64,000 nt of DNA from Meyerozyma guilliermondii (taxonomy: Eukaryota). Where the stretch lies: assembly GCA_051546255.1 (NCBI GenBank), contig CP128818.1:682001-746000 (forward strand), written 5' to 3'. Each line of letters opens with the position of its first letter. The stretch's first letter is position 1. Shown one piece after another: positions 43,083 to 54,198 of the stretch. The translations under genes and the position numbers were made by a program. The notes under the pieces were generated by a model that searched no databases, had not been told where the DNA came from, and saw only the letters and a list, made by a program, of their open reading frames with translations.

Positions 43083-46000
43083 ATGTCGTACAATCAATAC
43101 AAGTATGAGGAGATGTCCAACATGGTACTCAAACCGGGACGCCGTCCTCGAGAAGAGATACTGGATGCTCCGTCGTCGCTTTCTGGTAGAATTTCAGTGA
43201 AAGAGATGGGTTCTAGAGTTGAAAGAGTGAAGCCAACTTCCGAAAATGACCAAGAAAGACCTTCAAAAAACCCTTCAACCACAAAAAGCGATGGGTACGC
43301 ACCAGAAGTGAGCACAGAAGTGTCATATTATCCCACAACTGCCGAAAATGGACATATTTTTGAGCTTTTGATGACTCTGGTGAACACCATTTTACCTGAT
43401 TCGAGCCACGAAGTGATCCTTTCGGCCGCCGATGCTGTGTTGGATATTTGCAAGCAACAAGACGTGAACAACAAGCAAAAGCAGAGCGAAATTGAGGCTT
43501 TATTGGAAACAAAGTTGGACTCAAATGCATTTGATGAAATACTCAAGCTCTGTAATCGAATAACAGATTACGATGCTAGAGAGGAAAACGAAGAAACAGA
43601 AGAAAACTTGGATGGGGTGCCAATTGTTTTTGATGAAGAAGATGAGGAAGACGAAAATCCGCAAGATAGTGAAGAAGAAGATGACAAAATTGTGGGTCCA
43701 AGCATTGAGCCAAATGACCAAGATAGTTCGCTTGTTGGTTCTAATGACATCACAGTGAAGACAGAAACCACACAATCAGCATCAGAATCGAACATAATAC
43801 CCTTGCATGAGATAGACCAGTACTATCTTCAGAGACGGTTAGCATTCATTTATGGCGATGAGAATGCCAGTGAAACCCAGACCATGGCTGAAAAAATGAA
43901 CAAACTTCTCCAAAATGCTGATTTGCTGACTCGAGATCTCGAAAATGAACTCATGGAAATACTAGACTATGACCATTTTGACCTAGTAACATTCTGCCTT
44001 GAAAACAGATGGAGACTAGTGTACAAGATGAAACTTCTCGATGGAGTCGACGAAACTAAAGTATACGATGAAATGAGATCCCTCAATTTACATGGCTTGG
44101 TAGACGAATTCCAAGGAGTCAGACAGTCGTCAAAACGTCGCCTTTCTGACCTGGAAACCAGTGTCAAGAAACAGAAAAAAATTTCAACCAAACGCCAACC
44201 TCGAGAAGTGGATCTTTCTGCCTTAGCCTTTGATCAGGGTTCACATATGATCTCCACAAATAGAGTGAAGCTTCCTCCAGGATCTTACCAGCAGAAAAAG
44301 AAACTGTACGATATAATCAGCATACCTGCTCCTACGCCAGCAGAAGATAATGATCCACTAATTTCCATATCCGAACTTCCAAGCTGGGCTCAGGAAGTCT
44401 TTCCCTCATCGGAAACCACAAACTTGAACAGAATTCAATCGAAAATCTACCCATCGGCTTTCAAAACTGACGAGAATCTTCTCCTCTGTGCGCCGACTGG
44501 TGCAGGTAAAACCAACGTTGCAATGTTGACCATTTTGCGGACTTTGGAGCACTACAGAAAGGAAGATGGCAGGTTTGATCTTGGAGAGTTCAAGATTGTA
44601 TATGTGGCTCCGCTCAAGGCCTTGGTACAAGAACAAAAGCGTGAATTTGAGCGTCGCTTGACCCCAACTTTTGGTATCACAGTTAATGAGCTCACAGGAG
44701 ACTCTAGCCTTTCTGCACAACAGATTAGTGAGACCCAAATCATTGTAACAACTCCAGAGAAGTGGGATGTGATCACACGGAAAGGGTCTGAAGTACCTCA
44801 TGTCAGTTTGACCAGACTAGTGATAATTGATGAGATTCATTTATTGCACGATGATCGTGGTCCAGTATTAGAAAGCATAATAGCTCGTACCCAGAGACAA
44901 ATGGAGTCATCAGGAGAACCCATTCGACTTGTTGGCTTATCTGCAACATTACCAAATTACAAAGACGTTGCCAAGTTTCTTCGGGTTGACTTTGAAAAGG
45001 GACTTTTCTATTTCGATGCAACTTATCGACCTTGTCCGCTCGAGCAGCATTTCATTGGGATAAAGGAAAAGAAGGCAATCAAGAAAGTACAAGCAATGAA
45101 CGAAGCATGTTACGATAAAATGATAGAAAGCCTCGAGTCGAAACATCAAATAATTATTTTTGTTCATTCCCGTAAGGATACTTACAAGACAGCAGTATGG
45201 CTTCGGGACAAACTAGTTGAGAACGAAAAGTTGAATCTAGTCCAGACGACTGCTGGCTCAAAAGAGATTCTTCGCCAAGAAGCAGAGGCTGTACGAAATC
45301 AAAATTTGGCCGAGGTCATAGGTGGAGGGTTTGGAATGCACCATGCTGGACTCAATCGTGATGAGAGGTCTTTAGTGGAAGACTTGTTCGCCCAGGGCCA
45401 CATTCGAGTGTTGGTATCTACCGCGACGCTAGCGTGGGGTGTCAATCTTCCGGCTCATACAGTTGTCATTAAAGGCACAGAAACGTATTCTCCAGAATTG
45501 GGTTCTTGGGTTCAACTTTCACCGCAAGACATATTGCAGATGCTCGGACGAGCTGGAAGACCTCGATATGACAAGAGTGGAGAAGGTGTGATAATTACAT
45601 CGCTGGACGATATTCAATATTACTTGGCTATTCTCAACCAGCAGCTTCCTATCGAGTCTCAAATGATGCTGAAATTGGTCGACATTATCAACGCAGAAGT
45701 GGTTTTGGGAAGTGTAACTACAAGACAGCAGGTTGTGGAGTGGCTCAGTTACACCTATTTGTACATTCGAATGCTCCGTGCACCTGCTCTTTATAGAGTT
45801 GGAGCCGATTATGCTGACGACAAACTTTTGAGTGACAAAAGGGAAGATCTCTCACACTCAGCTCTTCAGATCCTTCACAGGCACAAAATGGTACAGTACG
45901 ATATGGAGAGCGGAGCCATAAAACTGACGGAACTAGGAAAGATAGCGTCTCATTTCTACATTGGTTATGAAACTATCAGTGCCTACAATAATAATCTCAA

Positions 46001-49000
46001 GTCATGGCTGACGATAGTGGATGTTTTCCGGATCTTTTGCATGTCTGGAGAGTTCAGATTGATACCTATTCGTCAAGAGGAAAAACTCGAGGTAACCAAA
46101 CTTGCTCAAAAATGCCCTATTCCAATAAAAGAAGCTGCAACCGAGCCAATAGCCAAAGTCAACGTCCTTCTACAAACATACATCTCCCGTTTGTCCCTTG
46201 ATGGGTTTGCATTGGTGGCAGATATGGTGTATATTACCCAATCTGCTGGACGTCTTTTCCGAGCACTTCATGAAATCGCCTTGAAGAAAAAATGGTCTGC
46301 AATTGCACGTACCACTCTAGATGTTTGCAAAATGGTGGAGCGCCGGATGTGGCTTGTAAACTCGCCTTTAAGACAATTTGGTGAACTTGCATCTCCACAA
46401 ATCATTAGAGCCGCCGAGGGCTCTCATTTGCCTTGGAATAGCTACTTTGATCTTGAAGCAAGCGAGCTAGCAGAAGCCATCGCATTCAAAGGTAACAGTC
46501 AGAAAGTTCATCAGTTGTTGCAGCAATTTCCCAGAAATAAAATGGACTACCTTCTCCAGCCAATAACCTCCAAGATGATCAGAGTGCAATTTGAGATCGT
46601 ACCGAATTTCAATTGGAACGTTAATTTGCATGGAAATCTGCAAAGATTCCTCTTGTTGATCGAAGACTGTGATGGAGAAACCATTCTTTTCTCTGATAAC
46701 TTTACCGTTTACCGAAGAAATGCCCAAAAGCCCCATATTATCGAGGCTGCTGTTCCGTTCATGGACCCAGAACAACCTCAATATTTTGCACTGGTAATTA
46801 GCGAGTCTTGGATCAATTGCGAGACCAGAATTCCGCTCATGTTGAATAATATCCAGGTGCCAAAGAAAGGGTCTTCATTTACAGAACTATTGGACTTGCA
46901 CAGTGTTGAAACTTCAGAGTTGAAAAATGAGGCATTCAGCAAGTGCTTTGATTTCCGCTACTTTAATCGTTTTCAGTCACAAGCATTCAATGCCTTGTAT
47001 TGGACTAGCCATAATGTGTTAGTTGGTATGTCCAAAAACAACGGCAAGACGGTGTGTGCCGAGCTAGCTGTTTTAGCCCATTGGAGAGCGGGTGGAGGAC
47101 GAATTGTCTACTTGAACCCAAACTTGGAGAAACTCAAACGAGTAGGCAAATCTTGGTCTAAGAGATTTCATGGGTTGACAGATCCACCAAAAGAGATCAA
47201 TTGTCTTTCTGGCGACCCAACAGTCGATTTAGCACTACTTTCGTCGAGCCATTTGGTCCTCGCAACTCCAGATCAATGGGATAGAATTTCTCGCCGTTGG
47301 AAACAAAGACGTGCTATCCAGTCTGTCGACTTGTATGTTGCCGACGATGTACATTTGATAGGTAACGGAGAAGGTGGTGTCCAGTATGAGAATGTTCTTG
47401 CACGCACAAGGTTCATTTCAACGCAAGTTGAGCACAACATTCGTATTGTGGCCCTTTCGATGTCTTTAGCAAACGGACGGGACTTTGGCGAGTGGTTAGG
47501 GTGTTCGAAGCAGAACATTTTCAACTTTCATTCTGGTCAAAGGTTTCGTAAAATTGAAGAAATACGAATCCAGGCTAAAGCTTCAAACACCAACATTTCT
47601 CTGCTGTCTTCTTCAGTTCACTCGCAATTGACTAAAGGAAACGGAACTTCACTAGTGTTCACCTCGAACCGAAAGGACTGCTTGGTTGCGGCTGTGGAAT
47701 ATATGAACAAAATTGTGTCTGATGAAATCAACCTTCTCAAGGTGGAATCAGACGATATGATTCCCTATTTCAAAAAAGTTTCAGATAAAATGTTAGTGAA
47801 ACTTTTGGAAAGAGGTATAGGTATTTACCACGACGATATGGTACCATTGGATAAACTTATTGTTGAGCGAATGTTTGAGAGTGATTACTTGAAGGTTCTT
47901 TTTGCTACCAAGTCCACTGCGAAATATAGTCCTTCTGCCAGCAACATCTTGGTTATGGGCACTCAGGAGTACGATGGTCGTGAACATGGGTATGTGGACT
48001 ATACGCTAGTGGACATGATGGAGATGGTAGGATGCTGTTCTGATAATGGAAAAGTGTTGATCATGACCACACCAGCGAAGCTTGAGTATTACAACTACTT
48101 TTTGAACGAAGCACTTCCTGTTGAAAGTCATGTTGGTTCTTCATTGCACGATGTTCTACTGCACGAGATCAGTAGCCGGTCGTTGAGAGCCAAGCAGGAA
48201 TGTATTGACTGGTTGACATTCACTTATTTCTACCGGAGAATTCAGCTCAATCCAAGTTTCTACGATGTCAAGGATACTTCTCACCTTGGTATTTCTGAGT
48301 ATTTATCTGAGTTGATTGAAAACACACTCAATGACTTGGCACAAGCACAGATGATTGAGTTGGAAGACGAGGACGAGGAAGAAGAGGAAGAGGTGATTTC
48401 TCCTTTGAATGGTGCCATGATCGCTGCCTACCACAATGTCTCGTACCTCACAATGAAGGAATTCAGCCGTCTAGATAACAAGGCCAGAATGCGTGGTATA
48501 CTCGAGGTGATCACCTCGGCATCAGAATTCGAATCGCTACCTATTCGTGAAGACGAAGAAGTTGTTCTTTCAAGAATTTACCACAAAGTTCCAATCAAGA
48601 CAAACAGTGTTGATTACGACTCGCCATATTTCAAGGCATTTGTTCTTCTTCAAGCACATTTTTCTCGGTTTTCTTTGCCTGCTGACTTGGCACTGGACCA
48701 GAAGATTGTGCTTCAGAAAGTGCTAGATGTGTTGCATGCTTGCGTAGACCATTTGTCCAGTGAAGGTTACTTGAATGCTCTCCAGGCTATGGACATGTCC
48801 CAGATGATAGTGCAGGGATTATGGAGCAACGATAACGTTTTGAAGCAAGTTCCAGGGTTCACAGACGAGATAATTGCCCGGTGTACTGCCAAAAACGTGG
48901 AAATGGTTTTCGATATCATGGCTCTTGAAGATGATGAGCGAGACGAGATTCTTCAGCTCGAAGGCCCAGCGCTCAACAAAGTGGCCGAGTTTGTCAACAG

Positions 49001-49352
49001 CTATCCTAACATCGATGTCAGCTATGAGTTGGACTTGTCACAACCAGTGCGTGCAGACGAACCCGCTCAGATCAAGGTTTTAATTTCCAGAGATGAAGAC
49101 GTTGATGATCTCCTGGTGGTCAGCGAGCGGTACCCATGGCCCAAAAACGAGGGTTGGTGGATTGTGCTCGGAGATTCGGCGTCAAAGCAGCTTTATGCCA
49201 TAAAAAGAGCCACTGTCAGCAAACAGGACCAAAGTTTCGATCTAGAGTTCACCGTCCCAAATGCTGGAGCTCACAATCTTACCTTGTGGTGTATGTGTGA
49301 TTCATATTTGGATGCTGATAAGGAGGTGGAGGTGAATGTGACAGTACAATAG
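43083..49352 (+). CDS. BRR2: U5 snRNP Ski2-like helicase Brr2
   Basis: YKYEEMSNMVL, tandem helicase cassettes (APTGAGKT, DEIHLLHD, QMLGRAGRP), Sec63 domains and C-terminal CDSYLDAD. Confidence 0.97.
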   Translation: MSYNQYKYEEMSNMVLKPGRRPREEILDAPSSLSGRISVKEMGSRVERVKPTSENDQERPSKNPSTTKSDGYAPEVSTEVSYYPTTAENGHIFELLMTLVNTILPDSSHEVILSAADAVLDICKQQDVNNKQKQSEIEALLETKLDSNAFDEILKLCNRITDYDAREENEETEENLDGVPIVFDEEDEEDENPQDSEEEDDKIVGPSIEPNDQDSSLVGSNDITVKTETTQSASESNIIPLHEIDQYYLQRRLAFIYGDENASETQTMAEKMNKLLQNADLLTRDLENELMEILDYDHFDLVTFCLENRWRLVYKMKLLDGVDETKVYDEMRSLNLHGLVDEFQGVRQSSKRRLSDLETSVKKQKKISTKRQPREVDLSALAFDQGSHMISTNRVKLPPGSYQQKKKLYDIISIPAPTPAEDNDPLISISELPSWAQEVFPSSETTNLNRIQSKIYPSAFKTDENLLLCAPTGAGKTNVAMLTILRTLEHYRKEDGRFDLGEFKIVYVAPLKALVQEQKREFERRLTPTFGITVNELTGDSSLSAQQISETQIIVTTPEKWDVITRKGSEVPHVSLTRLVIIDEIHLLHDDRGPVLESIIARTQRQMESSGEPIRLVGLSATLPNYKDVAKFLRVDFEKGLFYFDATYRPCPLEQHFIGIKEKKAIKKVQAMNEACYDKMIESLESKHQIIIFVHSRKDTYKTAVWLRDKLVENEKLNLVQTTAGSKEILRQEAEAVRNQNLAEVIGGGFGMHHAGLNRDERSLVEDLFAQGHIRVLVSTATLAWGVNLPAHTVVIKGTETYSPELGSWVQLSPQDILQMLGRAGRPRYDKSGEGVIITSLDDIQYYLAILNQQLPIESQMMLKLVDIINAEVVLGSVTTRQQVVEWLSYTYLYIRMLRAPALYRVGADYADDKLLSDKREDLSHSALQILHRHKMVQYDMESGAIKLTELGKIASHFYIGYETISAYNNNLKSWLTIVDVFRIFCMSGEFRLIPIRQEEKLEVTKLAQKCPIPIKEAATEPIAKVNVLLQTYISRLSLDGFALVADMVYITQSAGRLFRALHEIALKKKWSAIARTTLDVCKMVERRMWLVNSPLRQFGELASPQIIRAAEGSHLPWNSYFDLEASELAEAIAFKGNSQKVHQLLQQFPRNKMDYLLQPITSKMIRVQFEIVPNFNWNVNLHGNLQRFLLLIEDCDGETILFSDNFTVYRRNAQKPHIIEAAVPFMDPEQPQYFALVISESWINCETRIPLMLNNIQVPKKGSSFTELLDLHSVETSELKNEAFSKCFDFRYFNRFQSQAFNALYWTSHNVLVGMSKNNGKTVCAELAVLAHWRAGGGRIVYLNPNLEKLKRVGKSWSKRFHGLTDPPKEINCLSGDPTVDLALLSSSHLVLATPDQWDRISRRWKQRRAIQSVDLYVADDVHLIGNGEGGVQYENVLARTRFISTQVEHNIRIVALSMSLANGRDFGEWLGCSKQNIFNFHSGQRFRKIEEIRIQAKASNTNISLLSSSVHSQLTKGNGTSLVFTSNRKDCLVAAVEYMNKIVSDEINLLKVESDDMIPYFKKVSDKMLVKLLERGIGIYHDDMVPLDKLIVERMFESDYLKVLFATKSTAKYSPSASNILVMGTQEYDGREHGYVDYTLVDMMEMVGCCSDNGKVLIMTTPAKLEYYNYFLNEALPVESHVGSSLHDVLLHEISSRSLRAKQECIDWLTFTYFYRRIQLNPSFYDVKDTSHLGISEYLSELIENTLNDLAQAQMIELEDEDEEEEEEVISPLNGAMIAAYHNVSYLTMKEFSRLDNKARMRGILEVITSASEFESLPIREDEEVVLSRIYHKVPIKTNSVDYDSPYFKAFVLLQAHFSRFSLPADLALDQKIVLQKVLDVLHACVDHLSSEGYLNALQAMDMSQMIVQGLWSNDNVLKQVPGFTDEIIARCTAKNVEMVFDIMALEDDERDEILQLEGPALNKVAEFVNSYPNIDVSYELDLSQPVRADEPAQIKVLISRDEDVDDLLVVSERYPWPKNEGWWIVLGDSASKQLYAIKRATVSKQDQSFDLEFTVPNAGAHNLTLWCMCDSYLDADKEVEVNVTVQ

Positions 49353-49443
49353 AGCAACTACACAGTGGAGGTGAATGTAATAGTAGAGTAGAGAGCACCA
49401 ATATAGATTTTTTTTTTAGTTTGGCTCGCTACCCCGGATCCAG

Positions 49444-49452
49444 TTGAGTCAT
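49444..49452 (+). promoter_or_regulatory. Gcn4 site (TTGAGTCAT) in the TRP4 promoter
   Basis: Perfect TGAGTCA core about 70 bp upstream of an amino-acid biosynthesis gene. Confidence 0.7.
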
Positions 49453-49518
49453 CGTGAGAATCTCAATTTTTCAATTCAAGAAATCAAACTGCAAAAAACA
49501 CCCTCCCCCCAAACCACC

Positions 49519-50628
49519 ATGGACAAAAGCAAGAACATATTGACGCCGTACATCAAGTCTTTGATGTTGGAGCATCCGAATTTGACCCCGAAAGACCTTC
49601 AAACCGTATTAAGATTGGTGTTTCGAGGGGTCCCTTCCGATGTTCAGATAGCCGCTTTCTTGACGGGATTGAGAATAAGGGGTCTTGACCACCACCCAGA
49701 CTACTTGGCGGCAGCCGTGAGTACTATTCTAGAGTTTTCCGACATTATAGACCCTCAATTGGTCGATTCAAAGGGTTACATCGACGTAGTGGGAACCGGT
49801 GGTGACGGACAAAACACCTTCAATGTCTCGACATCTTCGGGAATTGTGGCAGCTGGCATGGGCTTACCGGTATGTAAACATGGAGGCAAAGCGTCGACAT
49901 CGACGTCTGGTGCGGGTGATCTTTTGAAACATCTTGGTGTTGACTTATCTGTTGTCAACGCCAAAACCACACCTGAAATCGTGAAAAATTGCCAATTCTG
50001 TTTCTTGTTTGCGCCCTCTTTCCACCCAGGAATGGGCAAGGTGGCCAGCATACGGGGACAGCTAGGAATCCCCACAATCTTCAATATTTTGGGACCACTC
50101 ATCAACCCAATACCGATCCAAGCTCGTATTTTGGGAGTCTACAGTGAAAAATTGGGTGAATCGTACGCTCAGGCAGCCGCTAAATTGGCTGAAACGAATA
50201 GTGCCCACGTAAGAACTATGGTAGTTTTCGGAGAAGTGGGCTTGGACGAGATTTCACCAATGGGTCCCACAAAGTACTGGATGGTCGAATCCGATGGAAC
50301 AATTACAAAAGGTACAGTTACACCCTACGACTTTAACTTACCCGAACACAAGCTCGACCACGTTCGCTCTGGAACCCCCGAGGAAAATGCACAGATTCTC
50401 TACCATATTCTCCGTCAAGATGACCCCGAGTTCAAAATCAAGCCTTCTCAAAACCACCCTATAGTTGACTATATTTTGATGAACAGTGCCGCCTTGGCAG
50501 TCGTGGCTGGTCTCACGGACTCATGGCCCGTTGGAGTGGAGCTTGCGAAGGCAGCAATCACGAGTGGAAATGCATTGAAAGAATTGGAAACTTTCGTAGA
50601 AGTCACAGCATCCTACTCAAAACAATAG
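49519..50628 (+). CDS. TRP4: anthranilate phosphoribosyltransferase
   Basis: DVVGTGGDGQNTFNVST, KHGGKASTS, FNILGPLINP, GLDEISP. ATG at 49519; the track start is TTG. Confidence 0.96.
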   Translation: MDKSKNILTPYIKSLMLEHPNLTPKDLQTVLRLVFRGVPSDVQIAAFLTGLRIRGLDHHPDYLAAAVSTILEFSDIIDPQLVDSKGYIDVVGTGGDGQNTFNVSTSSGIVAAGMGLPVCKHGGKASTSTSGAGDLLKHLGVDLSVVNAKTTPEIVKNCQFCFLFAPSFHPGMGKVASIRGQLGIPTIFNILGPLINPIPIQARILGVYSEKLGESYAQAAAKLAETNSAHVRTMVVFGEVGLDEISPMGPTKYWMVESDGTITKGTVTPYDFNLPEHKLDHVRSGTPEENAQILYHILRQDDPEFKIKPSQNHPIVDYILMNSAALAVVAGLTDSWPVGVELAKAAITSGNALKELETFVEVTASYSKQ

Positions 50629-50899
50629 ACTATATCACTATTTAGCTAACTTATTCTAGATGATACTGTAGGAATAGTCTACCATATTCAACACTAGCAA
50701 TTCCATAACAAAATGAGTTGTATACCCTTTGAGTTAAATTAGTTTTACCCTAAATTCATTTTACCCTAAATTAGTTTGTCTTGGTTACCGTAAATTCGTT
50801 TTCTGATTTCTGTATGCATTCCCCCATTTTTCTTCTGCCTGCACCTAACACTCAAATCAACCGCGATCGCGTCACAAACAAACAATCTCAAGTAGCCCT

Positions 50900-53800
50900 A
50901 TGTTTACTACGAAAAATCTCATAGGAACACCCCAAAGGGGACCTCGTTCCTACGAGTTTACCCCCATAGGAGCATCGCGGAGAACAAACCAGGAACCAGA
51001 AGATAATATAAACCAAAATATGACCACTCGCGCTTCGCTCAGACGCACAAACGAACCTTCAAACAACATTAAAAACCCGTTAAAAGTTGACCAATCCTTT
51101 CTAGAGTCGTTTGAGACGACCAGCGTACTCGGGTCAAGCAACATAAATACGCCCTTGGTACCCCTACGCGAGAAAAGAGCGCCAACAGTCGATGTTCTCA
51201 AGCCTCAAAATAACATTCTCAGTAATGGGGCAACAATTCGTGACCAACAACAAGAAAACAAACGCCTTGAGACCGAAAATTACAATCTTAAGATCAAATT
51301 AGCGACATTCACCAGATTTTTCGACCTGTCGCCGGAAGACCAGCGTAAACTTCTCACTGAAAACGTCGACTTGAAGCAGCAGTTGATGGAGAAAGTACAC
51401 GAGATCGATGTTCTCCGCGCAGAAATGGCAAAGATACACGAGGACAAAGAAAATACACTTGTTTCAGCTCTGCCTGGGCCCAATTACAGCTTCATGATTG
51501 CGGAGAGAGACGACACAATTCGCAAACTCAAGGATGTCATAGACAAAAACAACAACGAACTACAGACCCTCAGAGCACAGGTCGCAATCGCAAACCGCAA
51601 CTCCCTGAGATCTCCATCAGACGACTTGTATGGCAAGTTGGAGTATATCCAGAACGAGAACCAGAGCCTCAGGCGCCAATTACAGACACTACAAGACCAA
51701 TTAATACAATCACAGAACGACGACAGCCCAAGCAGAAACTTGGACAACATGAGGAAGAGAATACAAGAAGTAGACAACGAGGCCATTTTGTGGAAAGAGA
51801 GATTCGAGAACCTCTCTGCAAAGTTGCGAGCCGAGGAGGCAGACAAATACTCAAAGCAAGACATGGAGAAGGCATGGCACGAGGTCGAACAGGCACAGAA
51901 AGCTTACCAGAGCATTCGATCCGAGCTCGAGGCGACACAAACAGAACTTCGCCTTGCTCGTAGTGAGTATTCCACTGCTAACAACAAGTCCGAGACCATA
52001 CTGGAAGAGATGAATTCACTCAAATCGCAAATTAGAAGGCTTGAGCATGAAACGAGTTCACTTCAGAGTTCACTTTCAGCAAAGAATAATGAGCTTAAAA
52101 GCCTCCAGTTAGAGCGTGAGGGAGACAAGCAGGCGATAATCCGACTCCAAAACAGACTAGAGACTCTCAATGAGGATCTTCAGGACAAGGAGAAACAGGA
52201 GTATTCTCTTAAAAAACAAATCAATTCGCTAATCAATGAAAGAGACAACAAAAGCAACGACACAAAAGCCTTCCATCACCAATACGAGTCAATGAAAGAA
52301 CGAGAAAGGGATTTAGCTGCAAGAAATAAAGATTTACAGTTGGAACTCGAGAAAGTCAAAGATCAGGTGTATCTGGCCACTAGCAATTATTCAACCAACG
52401 ATGAGCGCCTTAATGATGCATACGATGAAATTAAAGAATTGAAAGACAAGCTCGACTTTTTTGAAGGTGAATATGAACAGCTAGAGAAAGTGCTTCGTGA
52501 CACTGAGCAGGAAGGCGATACTCTCAAGAGCCAGCTCAATAAAACCAAGTTCACGGTCGCTGATTTGGAAGATAGTAACCAATACTTGAAAAAGAAATTA
52601 GAAGCATCTGAAAGTCAAATCAATGAATTGGAAGCCAGCATAGACAGGTTGAAGTCTCAAGCGACTCCAACGGCGGGAACAAGTGCTATTGATCAGTTGG
52701 ATAAGTATAGCGCTCGCCGTCTTGAAGAGGAGAAAATCGAATTGTTGGACGAAATCGATACACTCAAGTATGAACTTTCACGCGTGAGATTTGAGTTGAA
52801 CCAAGAAAGAACTCTGAAGAGCATGGAATCCAACCGTGAGCATGAAACGTTCGAAATACGTCGCCTTACATCGGAACGTAACCAGTTGCAAAATAGGCTC
52901 GAGGAGAAATCCCTTCAAGCGTCTGAACTCGAAGCGAAATGCAGAAGGTTGACCCTTGATCTCAGTGACAAAGAAAAAGCTATTGAAACACTTGAGAGCC
53001 ATATAAGAGATTCCAACAGACACAAAAAGTTGGACATGTTTGTGGAAGATGAAGAGAGAACGCAATTCTTGAAAGAGAAAGCGTCAAACGAATCACAAAT
53101 AAGATTGTTGCGCCATCAGAATGAGAATTTACAGAAGGAATTGGACTCTCAAATTGCATATTACAAGAGTAAAGTTGACGATTTAATGCAATCTTTCGGA
53201 AAGCACACAGGAAATGAGAACCTTGTGTCCAACTCTATGGTTGCTTTGCTAGAGGAGCAAGTTGATGAAGCACAAAAAACAAAGCACGAGCTTTCATTCA
53301 AGCTAGCAGAAGCGAATAGTAGGATTGACGAACTCCAGGAATCCTCCAGGCAAGCAGAAGCTAAACTGAATAGCAATGCCACACAGAGCAAAGAGTTACA
53401 AGACTTGAATGCGGCACTTGAGAGTAGTGAAAAGTTACTCAAGACTGAAAATAGTCAGTTGAAGGACAAGACGAAGAGACTTTCTGAAGAGGTTGATAGA
53501 GTAACTCGACACTGTGAGAAGCTTGCGAGCAAGCTCAGAGAACTCAAAGATCGAGAACTCGAGCGCGAGGAAACTGTTGACCAGCGTTTGGCGAAGTCTG
53601 TTGAGGAGATCAGCAAGTACAAGCAAAACAATAGAAGTTTGCAACGTAAGATCGATGATTTAAGTGAGCGTCTCAATGTCACTCAGCTAGATACTTCTCG
53701 CAAAACCAAGAACCAATTCGACCTCCTCCAGAACGAGCTCCAATTTTACCGGGCAAAATTGTACGATATGAATCTCCGAGCCAACGATCTCAGTCTTGTG

Positions 53801-54046
53801 AACTCCTTCGTCAGCAAGGCGGTCAACAATTCCGACAAGCAAATCAAAGACCAGCTTGTCAAACTCAACAGCGTTACCGGATTCCCCAAACGAAGTGCAG
53901 AGCCACAGAAACTCACGTTTGCTATAGTAGCCAAGTTTGTGTTGGCGTCGGTCAGAATCAAGAGACGGTTTGAGAAATCAACCCAGAGGCAAGAGCGACT
54001 TCAAGAGTTGCGGAGCCAAATAGAGAAACAAAGGTACTTTGTTTAG
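50900..54046 (+). CDS. SPC110: spindle-pole-body gamma-tubulin receptor Spc110/Pcp1
   Basis: CM1 motif (IRDQQQENKRLETENYNLKIKL), long coiled coil and C-terminal PACT/calmodulin site (LTFAIVAKFVLASVRIKR). Next to TRP4 as in S. cerevisiae. Confidence 0.85.
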   Translation: MFTTKNLIGTPQRGPRSYEFTPIGASRRTNQEPEDNINQNMTTRASLRRTNEPSNNIKNPLKVDQSFLESFETTSVLGSSNINTPLVPLREKRAPTVDVLKPQNNILSNGATIRDQQQENKRLETENYNLKIKLATFTRFFDLSPEDQRKLLTENVDLKQQLMEKVHEIDVLRAEMAKIHEDKENTLVSALPGPNYSFMIAERDDTIRKLKDVIDKNNNELQTLRAQVAIANRNSLRSPSDDLYGKLEYIQNENQSLRRQLQTLQDQLIQSQNDDSPSRNLDNMRKRIQEVDNEAILWKERFENLSAKLRAEEADKYSKQDMEKAWHEVEQAQKAYQSIRSELEATQTELRLARSEYSTANNKSETILEEMNSLKSQIRRLEHETSSLQSSLSAKNNELKSLQLEREGDKQAIIRLQNRLETLNEDLQDKEKQEYSLKKQINSLINERDNKSNDTKAFHHQYESMKERERDLAARNKDLQLELEKVKDQVYLATSNYSTNDERLNDAYDEIKELKDKLDFFEGEYEQLEKVLRDTEQEGDTLKSQLNKTKFTVADLEDSNQYLKKKLEASESQINELEASIDRLKSQATPTAGTSAIDQLDKYSARRLEEEKIELLDEIDTLKYELSRVRFELNQERTLKSMESNREHETFEIRRLTSERNQLQNRLEEKSLQASELEAKCRRLTLDLSDKEKAIETLESHIRDSNRHKKLDMFVEDEERTQFLKEKASNESQIRLLRHQNENLQKELDSQIAYYKSKVDDLMQSFGKHTGNENLVSNSMVALLEEQVDEAQKTKHELSFKLAEANSRIDELQESSRQAEAKLNSNATQSKELQDLNAALESSEKLLKTENSQLKDKTKRLSEEVDRVTRHCEKLASKLRELKDRELEREETVDQRLAKSVEEISKYKQNNRSLQRKIDDLSERLNVTQLDTSRKTKNQFDLLQNELQFYRAKLYDMNLRANDLSLVNSFVSKAVNNSDKQIKDQLVKLNSVTGFPKRSAEPQKLTFAIVAKFVLASVRIKRRFEKSTQRQERLQELRSQIEKQRYFV

Positions 54047-54198
54047 TACTATAGTGCAAGTGCACAATAGTGTACAAGTGTACAAGTGTACAATAGTGTA
54101 TAATACTGTATAATATCATGAACATCATCATTCATTATCATTAATGCTAGGTTTCTTTAGACGTGGAAGTTGGTCTTCGATTTGTATTCTTTTCTTTA

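Noticed and set aside
54053..54113. Degenerate (AGTGTACA)n array after SPC110, resembling a short Candida-type telomeric repeat core (GTGTAC)
   Set aside because: Only 3-4 good units, no GG run, and located in a convergent terminator region. Best read as a slippage microsatellite.
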